Source: a virus. Taken from it: a stretch of DNA of 64,000 nt. The notes under the pieces are model-generated. The model searched no databases. It saw only the letters and a program-made list of their open reading frames with translations, and was not told where the DNA came from. Where the stretch lies: the IMG/VR virus record IMGVR_UViG_3300045988_171089; one strand, 5' to 3'. Position 1 is the stretch's first letter; every line of letters starts with the position of its first letter. Made by a program: the position numbers and the translations under genes. Of the stretch, positions 18,381-25,317 are shown in pieces.

Positions 18381-19946
18381 TTATGCTTCCGCGTGTAGGC
18401 GTTCTGCTTCACACTGGATGTTGATTGCCGCGTTGAGGTCGCGGTCAATCACAGCGTGGCAGTGCCCACACTTATATACACGGTCGCTTAGAGTAAGCTT
18501 AGTGTCAGGTCGCTTACCACAGTTGCTACATGTCTGCGAGGACGGGTAATAGCGGTCGATAACCTGAATAACTGAACCATACCAGGCGGCTTTGTATTCA
18601 AGCTGAGTTCGGAATATACCGAAGGATACGTCGAGTACAGCTCGGTTGAGCCTGGCTTTCTGTGCAACGTTCTTACCAGGCTTTTTGATAGTACCTGATG
18701 CGGATGCGGTCATTCCAGTAACGTTAAGGTCTTCAATACCGATAAGTGTGTATCGGGTGGTTAGGTTTTTAGTGAGCTGATGCAGTCCAGTTTCACGGCG
18801 TAGCGCTGTGAGGTGGTGGGTTTTTGCCAGCTTACGGGCGGTCACCTTGCGGCGATTGGAACCCTTAACCTGTCGTGCAATTTTCTGCTGAAGCTTAGCG
18901 ATACGCTTCTCAGTGTGCTTGAGCCAGCGGGGGTTTTCGACGGTAGGGTTGGTTCCGTTGGTGAAGTTCACGCCACTATCGGGGTTGAAACGCTTAGGTG
19001 CCTTCGTGTCAGAGAGTGCCGCCATATACTTAACACCAAGGTCTACACCTACCGCACCCGCGTTCTTCTGCTTACGAGTAGGCTTAGGGGCGGGTACAGT
19101 TACTTCGACAAGGAAGGATACATACCAGCGGTCAGCTACCTGGGACACGGTGAAAGACTTGATTACACCACCCTTGCGGATAATACTCATCATGTGGCAG
19201 GTATTGCCGTGAATACGGAAAGTTCCAAGGTGCGCGAGGCGGACGTGACGGTAATCACTGATAGTAGGGGTGCTCTTGTCGCCGCGACGCTTCATGTTTT
19301 CTTTGACGCGCTTATATGCCGGTTCACCACGCAGGTACGCGGTTCCGTAACCACCCATAACTTCGGGTGCGTAAATAGTGAAAGAGTCACTATTAGATGC
19401 GCGACTTTTAAACTTAGGGGTACCCATCTTACCACCCGCACGCTTACCAGTACGCGAATCAAAAAAGTTCTTGAGTGCCTTATCAGCAGACTGTAGACCA
19501 GACATGAGGACACGACGCTTCGCAGTATGAAGCCACGGCTCCCTAGAACGCTCCTCGTCGCCCCACACTTCCTCCACAGGTGCACCTTCTTCGATAGCCT
19601 TAGCACAGGCGCGATGACGGGCAACCTCAGCAGTCAGCATCTTACTACTAAACGCCATATAACCCAGTGTCTTGAACTTAGGGTCTTCCTTGGTGAGAGT
19701 CTTAAGCTCAGCCTTAATCTCGTCATCAGACGCGCCCTCTTCGCGGCGCTTAGCCCAATACTTGTTGCGGGTGTGCATAACCTCAGTGTTATAACCAACA
19801 AGCATATTATAGGCATAACGAGAAGCACCACCATCACGCGCCAAAGCAACCAACTGCTCCTGAGTAGGGTCAAGGCAAAACTTAAACGCAACATGACGCT
19901 CAACGGTATCCGGCGACGTGCCGGTAGATTCAACAGTAGTGGGCAT
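18381..19946 (-). CDS. tnpB: TnpB (IS200/IS605-family OrfB, RuvC-like RNA-guided nuclease), ~521 aa from ATG 19946
   Basis: N-terminal AFKFCLDPTQEQ...ASRYAYN (OrfB_IS605 HTH); RuvC-I GVDLGV, RuvC-II IGIEDLNV, C-terminal zinc finger CSNCG...CGHC and RuvC-III RDLNAAINI; ORF track start 20045 includes a 33-codon upstream artefact. Confidence 0.85.
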   Translation of the reverse strand: MPTTVESTGTSPDTVERHVAFKFCLDPTQEQLVALARDGGASRYAYNMLVGYNTEVMHTRNKYWAKRREEGASDDEIKAELKTLTKEDPKFKTLGYMAFSSKMLTAEVARHRACAKAIEEGAPVEEVWGDEERSREPWLHTAKRRVLMSGLQSADKALKNFFDSRTGKRAGGKMGTPKFKSRASNSDSFTIYAPEVMGGYGTAYLRGEPAYKRVKENMKRRGDKSTPTISDYRHVRLAHLGTFRIHGNTCHMMSIIRKGGVIKSFTVSQVADRWYVSFLVEVTVPAPKPTRKQKNAGAVGVDLGVKYMAALSDTKAPKRFNPDSGVNFTNGTNPTVENPRWLKHTEKRIAKLQQKIARQVKGSNRRKVTARKLAKTHHLTALRRETGLHQLTKNLTTRYTLIGIEDLNVTGMTASASGTIKKPGKNVAQKARLNRAVLDVSFGIFRTQLEYKAAWYGSVIQVIDRYYPSSQTCSNCGKRPDTKLTLSDRVYKCGHCHAVIDRDLNAAINIQCEAERLHAEA

Positions 19947-20067
19947 AATAAAAAACTTCCTAAAATGGATGTGGACAATAAAAGCCCACCCCAAACCTAA
20001 CACTGGAAAACCAGCACCAGACCCAGGGAGGGCTTCAAAAAACAATAGTCACAATAAGGTGTAAAAG

Positions 20068-20114
20068 TAACCCCGGCGGGAATCAAACCCGCACAATCTG
20101 TGTAGGAGACAGAC
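20068..20114 (-). pseudogene. 3' fragment of a tRNA-Arg(CCT)-like gene (anticodon arm + T-arm + acceptor 3' strand; no D-arm/5' acceptor)
   Basis: TCTGT-CTCCTAC-ACAGA, GCGGG-TTTGATT-CCCGC then CGGGGTTA; closely resembles the 3' half of intact tRNA-Arg(CCT) at 20302-20373. Confidence 0.55.
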
Positions 20115-20301
20115 GCTCTAGAGTCACCCCCGCGTGCAAGTCATACAAGCCTTACAGTTTTGCGGATAGGCGAGCCAAAGCTTTACTTTGACGGTGACCC
20201 TCAAGCCGGTTACCCAGCTATCCTGGCCTTAACACGTTAATGTCCGTTTAACCTCTCCCGTCTCTCACAGGCGAGGGTGACACACCCTAGAGTGTGCTAC
20301 G
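20115..20301 (-). repeat. tRNA-linked structured repeat element, copy C
   Basis: Full-length copy between intact tRNA-Arg(CCT) and its displaced 3' fragment. Confidence 0.7.
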
Positions 20302-20373
20302 TGCCCCTGGCGGGAATCGAACCCGCACGACTTGTGTAGGAGACAAGTGCTCTATCCGTTAAGCTACAGGGGT
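20302..20373 (-). tRNA. tRNA-Arg(CCT)
   Basis: Acceptor ACCCCTG/CAGGGGC (A1-C72 mismatch), D-arm GCTT/GAGC, anticodon stem CTTGT/ACAAG loop CTCCTAC, T-arm GCGGG-TTCGATT-CCCGC. Confidence 0.7.
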
Positions 20374-20548
20374 GAAAGACGGGTGAAGGTATCAACACAC
20401 CAAAAGGTGCCGTCTGCATCAACCTCCACCCAACCGAGGTATAAAAACTAGCCGTATCACCGCTAGTGCTCAAACCCGAAAGAATGGACACAAACAGCCC
20501 TACTGACCTGTCAAATAAAGTTGAACCACCACTTTAGCAGTCCAACCG

Positions 20549-20623
20549 CACCCCCAACGGGATTTGAACCCGCGACCTCCGCCGTGAGAAGACGGTATCC
20601 TAGACCAACTAGACCATAGGGGC
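20549..20623 (-). tRNA. tRNA-Glu(CTC)
   Basis: Acceptor GCCCCTA/TGGGGGT, anticodon stem CCGTC/GGCGG loop TTCTCAC, T-arm GCGGG-TTCAAAT-CCCGT. Confidence 0.7.
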
Positions 20624-20662
20624 AAAACATAGGCAATAACCCATAATAGGTTATTACCCCAG

Positions 20663-20737
20663 TACCCCTCGCAGGATTTGAACCTGCAACCTGGCGGTTC
20701 GTAGCCGCCTGCTCTATCCACGTTGAGCTAGAGGGGT
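20663..20737 (-). tRNA. tRNA-Arg(ACG)
   Basis: Acceptor ACCCCTC/GAGGGGT, D-arm GCTC/GAGC, anticodon stem GGCGG/CCGCC loop CTACGAA, T-arm GCAGG-TTCAAAT-CCTGC. Confidence 0.75.
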
Positions 20738-20741
20738 TTAT

Positions 20742-20775
20742 GAAGCTCTCCAGGAAGGAGTCGAACCTGGAACCA
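20742..20775 (-). pseudogene. 3' fragment of a tRNA-Asn-like gene
   Basis: gaagctctccaggaaggagtcgaacctgg closely matches the 3' end of tRNA-Asn (gaagctctcccggaaggactcgaacc) at 20950. Confidence 0.5.
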
Positions 20776-20911
20776 GAGCCTACCTCATGAGTATGAGGAG
20801 GGCCTAACATTTTGTTAGACGGTGACCCTCAAGCCGGTAACCCAGCTATCCTGGTCTTGACACCACCCGAAAGCAATGTCCGTTTATACTCTCCCGTCTC
20901 TCACAGGCGAG
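20776..20911 (-). repeat. tRNA-linked structured repeat element, copy D
   Basis: Conserved core between tRNA-Asn(GTT) and the displaced tRNA-Asn 3' fragment. Confidence 0.65.
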
Positions 20912-20949
20912 ATATATAACACGCCACCAAAAAATGGTGAAGAGTGAAG

Positions 20950-21021
20950 CTCTCCCGGAAGGACTCGAACCTTCAACCAATCGCTTAACAGGCGACCGCT
21001 CTGCCATTGAGCTACGAGAGA
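20950..21021 (-). tRNA. tRNA-Asn(GTT)
   Basis: Acceptor TCTCTCG/CGGGAGA, D-arm GCTC/GAGC, anticodon stem GTCGC/GCGAT loop CTGTTAA, T-arm GAAGG-TTCGAGT-CCTTC. Confidence 0.75.
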
Positions 21022-21112
21022 ATATAGAGAAACAACCACTAGTCAGGTACACGCACACGGAAAGAAAGATTAAGAAACGTGGAGTGTAACCAAAACAAGG
21101 GGTATATTTCCC

Positions 21113-21150
21113 TTAGAAGCCTGGGGCGGAATCGAACCACCCTCTCCCGG
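21113..21150 (-). pseudogene. isolated tRNA 3' fragment (T-arm GGTGG-TTCGATT-CCGCC + CCAGGCT) with no matching 5' acceptor strand
   Basis: No complementary AGCCTGG found within 150 nt upstream on the minus strand. Confidence 0.4.
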
Positions 21151-21359
21151 CGACGAAGTAACAAGTACTGTAACACCAACTTTGGAAAGGTAACCAGTCA
21201 TGTATACTAAGTCGTTCAGGCGCATCACCAGATGCTACCAAGCCAAACGTGGAAACGTGCAGGTACCGAGCCTGCACCCACCGCAAAGGGTCGCTCTTCC
21301 TTGGAGACGTAACGCTTCCACTTATAAACACTAGAACAAAATCAACTAGTATTATCCGT

Positions 21360-21432
21360 TCTAGTGAAGAGCCTCCTACCGGACTTGAACCGGTAACCTC
21401 CTGTTTACAAGACAGGTGCTCTACCAATTGAG
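21360..21432 (-). tRNA. tRNA-Thr(TGT)
   Basis: Acceptor GCCTTCT/AGGAGGC, D-arm GCTC/GAGC, anticodon stem CCTGT/ACAGG loop CTTGTAA, T-arm ACCGG-TTCAAGT-CCGGT. Confidence 0.8.
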
Positions 21433-21434
21433 CT

Positions 21435-21506
21435 AAGAAGGCGGGGTGTGTGACGGGACTCGAACCCGCTACTACTTGCGCCACAAGCAAGCGCCTCGCT
21501 ATTCGG
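21435..21506 (-). tRNA. tRNA-His(GTG)
   Basis: Acceptor GTGTGTG/CACACAC, discriminator C, anticodon stem CTTGC/GCAAG loop TTGTGGC, T-arm GCGGG-TTCGAGT-CCCGT; no encoded G-1 (base -1 is T). Confidence 0.7.
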
Positions 21507-21508
21507 CT

Positions 21509-21582
21509 TCACACACAGTGCCCCCTACTGGACTCGAACCAGTGACCCACGCCGTGTAAAGGCGGCACTCTAACCAACTGAG
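21509..21582 (-). tRNA. tRNA-Val(TAC)
   Basis: Acceptor GCCCCTT/AGGGGGC, D-arm GCTC/GAGT, anticodon loop TTTACAC, T-arm ACTGG-TTCGAGT-CCAGT; only 2 nt from tRNA-His. Confidence 0.7.
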
Positions 21583-21682
21583 CTAAAGGGGCGAAACGCA
21601 TACTATGTCCACTATCTTCCATCAACCAGTGAAGGAAACCGCGCCCATTACCCGTATGCGAGAGGCAAAGAACCCGGTACAG

Positions 21683-21756
21683 TAGTCCCTGCTGGACTTG
21701 AACCAGCGACACCCACCGTATCAGAGTGGTGCTCTAACCTGCTGAGCTAACAGACC
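21683..21756 (-). tRNA. tRNA-Ile(GAT)
   Basis: Acceptor GGTCTGT/AGGGACT (one G.G mismatch), D-arm GCTC/GAGC, anticodon stem CCACT/GGTGG loop CTGATAC, T-arm GCTGG-TTCAAGT-CCAGC. Confidence 0.65.
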
Positions 21757-21849
21757 AGGGTACGCCACTATGAGTGGCATATATACTATCCACTTAGGAT
21801 AGTAGCTCACGTTCGAGGGTGGTACACCCTAGAAGAACGTGTTACGCAC

Positions 21850-21912
21850 AGCCCGCCGGATTTGAACCGACACCTCCGTCACCCAGCGCACTACCCGATT
21901 ATACTAAGGCTG
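21850..21912 (-). ncRNA. non-canonical tRNA-like element (good 7-bp acceptor ACAGCCT/GGGCTGT and T-arm GTCGG-TTCAAAT-CCGGC, but only 35 nt between them and no recognisable D/anticodon arms)
   Basis: Acceptor/T-arm complementarity unlikely by chance; middle region cannot be folded into a standard cloverleaf. Confidence 0.35.
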
Positions 21913-22038
21913 TTGCCGCACCCCTACAAGCCGTTCACGTGATTAACTCGTATGATGCCCCTCAAGGCTCATGACAACCTCAAGGCACGACATGCTTTAA
22001 AGAAAAATGTACAGCCAACATGCCAAAACTGCACATAG

Positions 22039-22113
22039 TGCACCCTGTGGGGCTCGAACCCACGACCCGGCGGTTAAGAGCCGCCTGCTCTACCTGCTGA
22101 GCTAAAGGTGCGC
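22039..22113 (-). tRNA. tRNA-Lys(CTT)
   Basis: Acceptor GCACCTT/AGGGTGC, D-arm GCTC/GAGC, anticodon stem GGCGG/CCGCC loop CTCTTAA, T-arm GTGGG-TTCGAGC-CCCAC. Confidence 0.8.
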
Positions 22114-22227
22114 GGCGTACTGGCTGAAAGGGCTCGAAAGCACCAGTACGCCTTAATCAGTATTATTCGACTTTTGTCTTTAGTAAGCTTCCTGAAAGGA
22201 GTTAAGTAAAAAAGGAAGCTTACCGAG

Positions 22228-22297
22228 CATCTTACAGGGCTCGAACCTGTGACCTCCACACCAAAGTGCGGCGCTCTACCAACTGAGCTCAAGATGC
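22228..22297 (-). tRNA. tRNA, anticodon uncertain (possibly TTG/Gln); anticodon stem poorly paired
   Basis: Perfect acceptor GCATCTT/AAGATGC, D-arm GCTC-AGTTGGTA-GAGC, T-arm ACAGG-TTCGAGC-CCTGT; candidate loop CTTTGGT. Confidence 0.45.
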
Positions 22298-22439
22298 CGT
22301 CACAGCACAAATCAACTATGTGCACAGGTTTCACTGTACTATGACACCCCAGAGAGGATTCGCGAGTTCCACTCAAGAGGTCAGGGACTTTCGCGTTTAC
22401 ACCCCTGAATAATTGTAACGCACCATATAGCGCGTTCAG

Positions 22440-22517
22440 TACGCCCTACGGGACTCGAACCCGTGCCACTTGTCCCAGTCGGTGACTCCAGGGCTCTACC
22501 ATCTGAGCTAAGGACGT
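22440..22517 (-). tRNA. tRNA, anticodon undetermined (78 nt; extra nucleotides between D-arm and T-arm)
   Basis: Acceptor ACGTCCT/AGGGCGT, D-arm GCTC-AGATGGTA-GAGC, T-arm ACGGG-TTCGAGT-CCCGT; middle region CCTGGAGTCACCGACTGGGACAAGTGGC does not give a standard 17-nt anticodon arm. Confidence 0.4.
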
Positions 22518-22679
22518 TACCGCACCCTAAGTAACCACCAAAGGGTACACCTAAAGGCTCGCGACTTCCTCTAGGTTACTCAAAGAAGGTGAATAGGTAA
22601 AAGCCCTCCTTTGAGAAGTATTGACACATACGTTACAGCAATGTTTAAAAGTGTAGTTGATGTGTCTAAACTACACTAG

Positions 22680-22761
22680 TACGCCCGGAGGGACTTGAAC
22701 CCTCACGTCCGAAGACACAGGAACCTAAATCCTGCGTGTCTGCCAATTTCACCACGGGCGC
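22680..22761 (-). tRNA. tRNA-Leu(TAG) (type II, long variable arm)
   Basis: Acceptor GCGCCCG/CGGGCGT, 3-bp D-stem, anticodon stem CAGGA/TCCTG loop TTTAGGT, variable arm GTC-TTCG-GAC, T-arm GAGGG-TTCAAGT-CCCTC. Confidence 0.8.
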
Positions 22762-22790
22762 TTATACAAGATAGTGATTATCTTGCAGAG

Positions 22791-22863
22791 TGGACCGTAT
22801 GGGAATCGAACCCATGACCTCCTGCTTGCAAAGCAGGCGCTCTACCAATTGAGCTAACAGCCC
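22791..22863 (-). tRNA. tRNA-Ala(TGC)
   Basis: Acceptor GGGCTGT/ACGGTCC (G3.T70 wobble, Ala identity-like), D-arm GCTC/GAGC, anticodon stem CCTGC/GCAGG loop TTTGCAA, T-arm ATGGG-TTCGATT-CCCAT. Confidence 0.8.
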
Positions 22864-22929
22864 TCACCCTTCAGTGTTATATATGACTGAAGGGGTGTTT
22901 GTTAAGAAGTGTTTTAGGCTTCTTGTTTG

Positions 22930-23002
22930 TGCGCCCTACGGGGCTCGAACCCGTGACCCGAAGATTAAAAGTCTACTGCTCTACCAACTGAGCTAAAGGC
23001 GC
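22930..23002 (-). tRNA. tRNA-Lys(TTT)
   Basis: Acceptor GCGCCTT/AGGGCGC, D-arm GCTC/GAGC, anticodon loop CTTTTAA, T-arm ACGGG-TTCGAGC-CCCGT; preceded by promoter 23015-23043. Confidence 0.8.
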
Positions 23003-23014
23003 TTACAAGGAACA

Positions 23015-23043
23015 AGTATATCATGTTCCTTTGTGTTTTGCAA
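23015..23043 (-). promoter_or_regulatory. promoter TTGCAA-N17-TATACT immediately upstream of tRNA-Lys(TTT)
   Basis: Near-identical to the element at 9014-9042. Confidence 0.6.
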
Positions 23044-23113
23044 AATTCACTATTTAGTGTTGTCAATTATCTAGTGTCTAAGTAAACAGTGTTTTGCTGT
23101 CTTCTTGACTTGC

Positions 23114-23131
23114 GTACTCCCAACGGGATGA
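23114..23131 (-). pseudogene. short tRNA-Glu-like 3' fragment (ATCCCGTTGGGAGTAC) flanking repeat copy E
   Basis: Resembles T-stem 3' half + acceptor 3' strand of tRNA-Glu. Confidence 0.35.
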
Positions 23132-23297
23132 GTCACCCCCGTATATACGGTAGGTGAGCCAAAGCTTTACTTCGACGGTGACCCTCAAGCCAGCCTAAGC
23201 TGACCCTGGTCTTGACACGTGAATGTCCGTTTAGATTAGCCACCTCTCCCAGTCTCTCACAGGCGAGGTGAGTGAACACACCCTAGAGTATGTTACG
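23130..23297 (-). repeat. tRNA-linked structured repeat element, copy E
   Basis: Full-length copy directly 3' of tRNA-Glu(TTC). Confidence 0.7.
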
Positions 23298-23370
23298 TGC
23301 CCCTAACGGGATTTGAACCCGTGTTACCGCCGTGAAAGGGCAGTGTCCTTGGCCGCTAGACGATAGGGGC
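23298..23370 (-). tRNA. tRNA-Glu(TTC)
   Basis: Perfect acceptor GCCCCTA/TAGGGGC, 3-bp D-stem, anticodon stem CTGCC/GGCGG loop CTTTCAC, T-arm ACGGG-TTCAAAT-CCCGT. Confidence 0.8.
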
Positions 23371-23409
23371 TTGTGTTGCATACCAGCTTCTCAGCTGAGT
23401 ACATGTTTT

Positions 23410-23438
23410 ATTATAGCACTCCCTCTCGGGGTATGCAA
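23410..23438 (-). promoter_or_regulatory. promoter TTGCAT-N17-TATAAT at head of tRNA array
   Basis: Minus strand consensus hexamers with 17-nt spacer. Confidence 0.55.
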
Positions 23439-23537
23439 CTCGACTTTCTGTGTTTCGTGCCACATTTAGTCGTTTGCTAATATTCCTCATTATATAAGCT
23501 GTCGGGGCTCTCGATAACCCCGGCGGCTTATATAACT

Positions 23538-23566
23538 ATTATGGCACAGTATTTTCTGTGTTGCAA
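23538..23566 (-). promoter_or_regulatory. promoter TTGCAA-N17-CATAAT (conserved family) at head of tRNA array
   Basis: Includes family flanks TATATAACTATTATGGCACA. Confidence 0.6.
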
Positions 23567-23655
23567 GTCGATTTCATGTGATGTGCATCACTTTTTGGCA
23601 TACATGCATGATAGGCTATTGCCCCAATGAGTATCGCTCAAGGGAATAGTGTCAC

Positions 23656-23943
23656 CTACCATGCGTATACAGCCCAGCAAGAGTCACAGCCTTTGTACCT
23701 ACAGCCTTCGGGGTGGGGTCGGTAGTGGCGGCGTGTTGCGCGGTCTTCGTAGTTCTCATCAACTTCACCCGTGGCATTGTATGCCTGGGCGATAATTGCA
23801 AGGTCTTCACCATTACGCCAGGGATAGTATACCCTCCGCTTCTCTGCCTCTTCTAGGACGAGGCGCTTACCACCTTTCCAGTGCCAATGGCTGTAGCGCC
23901 CATCGCGTGCCTTATGCTTTTTGGTTACTGACTTGCGCTTCAA
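23656..23943 (-). CDS. hypothetical basic protein (95 aa)
   Basis: ORF track. Confidence 0.45.
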   Translation of the reverse strand: MKRKSVTKKHKARDGRYSHWHWKGGKRLVLEEAEKRRVYYPWRNGEDLAIIAQAYNATGEVDENYEDRATRRHYRPHPEGCRYKGCDSCWAVYAW

Positions 23944-24091
23944 GGTAGTTGAACCTTTCTATCTAATAGGTTAGTGGCATACTGTCTTCGTATGCTGTTG
24001 CTACAGGTGACGACCTGTGTATCTCAATTATATCAAATATACCCCCGGTTAGGTGCTGTTTGACCTGCGCGGGGGTATATTTCCTGTTGTG

Positions 24092-24670
24092 TTACGAGGT
24101 GGTTAGCTTTCCGGTGATGAAGTCTACAGTCAGGTTGCCGGTGTGCACCTGGGTTGTTCCGTCTTCGTTGCGGGTGTCGTAGGTGCACAGCGCATGGTAT
24201 ACACCATCTTCTACGTATTCCTTGTATGCTTTGAGGTTGCTACAGGGCTTGCCGATAACCTTGGTGGCTTCTTTGAGTACACGTTCTTCTACGGCGTGCA
24301 CGTTGAAGTGGATGGGTACCTGCGGGTTATCAATCTCGAAGAACTTTCCCTTGAAGTTGAAAGCGACTGCGGGGGTTTTGCGCTCCGGGTGGTTCCAGAG
24401 TTCGCCGGGGTTGTTCTTTACGCCGGTGCTGTGGAACGGTAGCGCATAGAGGAAGTCGAAATTCTTTTCTACATAGTGGATAGCGTCGCCACATGCGAGG
24501 GCAACACCAATGTCGCACGCGCCTTCACTATTGAGGTATCCGAGGCGGGTGATGCGGAAGCCGCTACGGTAGAGCATACTGATGGGCTTACCTGCTTCGG
24601 CTTCCTTAATGAAATCGGGGTTATTCTCGATGGGGAAAGCAATGTATTCGACTACGGTTTTAAACAGCAT
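24092..24670 (-). CDS. hypothetical protein (192 aa)
   Basis: ORF track. Confidence 0.55.
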   Translation of the reverse strand: MLFKTVVEYIAFPIENNPDFIKEAEAGKPISMLYRSGFRITRLGYLNSEGACDIGVALACGDAIHYVEKNFDFLYALPFHSTGVKNNPGELWNHPERKTPAVAFNFKGKFFEIDNPQVPIHFNVHAVEERVLKEATKVIGKPCSNLKAYKEYVEDGVYHALCTYDTRNEDGTTQVHTGNLTVDFITGKLTTS

Positions 24671-24846
24671 GTATGGACTCCTTTACGGCGTATTAGTACC
24701 CGTTATAGGGTTACCAGGAAAGTGGATACTTCAATTATGGCACACTCTAGTATGGATTGCAAACCAAGACACTATGGAATAGGTCACACGATACGGATAT
24801 ACCCCCTAACCGTAAGTAAAGCACCTACAGATAGGGGGTATACACC

Positions 24847-25248
24847 TTAGAGAGTTGCCGTCAAAGAAGCCAGAATAGCGCATACGATAATAGATGCACC
24901 CAAACCGGCAAACATTAGCGTTGCCGTCTTACCGACAGCAACCGGCGGTTCGCAGTGCCTCGACAAGAAGCTCAGGGTAAACATCATAATAACCAAAGAT
25001 GTAGCACCCATAAAAAGCCCCTTAGTGAAACTAGGCTGAGTACCCAGAATGATAACAGCAACACCAATAGCAATACTAGGGGCGACATTATAGATAATGC
25101 CCAGCTTATCAATCGTCTTGCCCCTCTTCACGAGCCATATGATACCCGTATAGGCGGCAAGCACCAAGAACAAGGCACCAAAAAATATCAGTATCACTAG
25201 AATCGTCATAGGGTCTTTCGTATCCGCATTAGCGGCGGCAAGAACCAT
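24847..25248 (-). CDS. membrane protein (133 aa, ~4 TM)
   Basis: Hydrophobic helices throughout. Confidence 0.5.
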   Translation of the reverse strand: MVLAAANADTKDPMTILVILIFFGALFLVLAAYTGIIWLVKRGKTIDKLGIIYNVAPSIAIGVAVIILGTQPSFTKGLFMGATSLVIMMFTLSFLSRHCEPPVAVGKTATLMFAGLGASIIVCAILASLTATL

Positions 25249-25317
25249 AACGTATCACCTTTCGTTAGCGGATTTCTTTACTGTAGCGTATTCACCTTCT
25301 AGAGCACATATCACACT

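Noticed and set aside
20297-22376. ORF-track entries across the tRNA array (20297..20491, 20500..20721, 20511..20810, 20846..21058, 21113..21490, 21249..21431, 21509..21712, 22074..22376)
   Set aside because: Their translations carry tRNA T-arm read-through signatures (GSSP, GSNPV, WFDSAPGF). They overlap well-formed tRNA genes on the minus strand and have no ribosome-binding sites.
8830-23260. Apparent plus-strand TTGACA hexamers inside each repeat copy (CTGGTCTTGACA) as -35 promoter boxes
   Set aside because: The nearest TATACT is 28 nt away, and the conserved orientation of the element is the minus strand. They are more likely part of the structured RNA (GTCAAGACCAGG).
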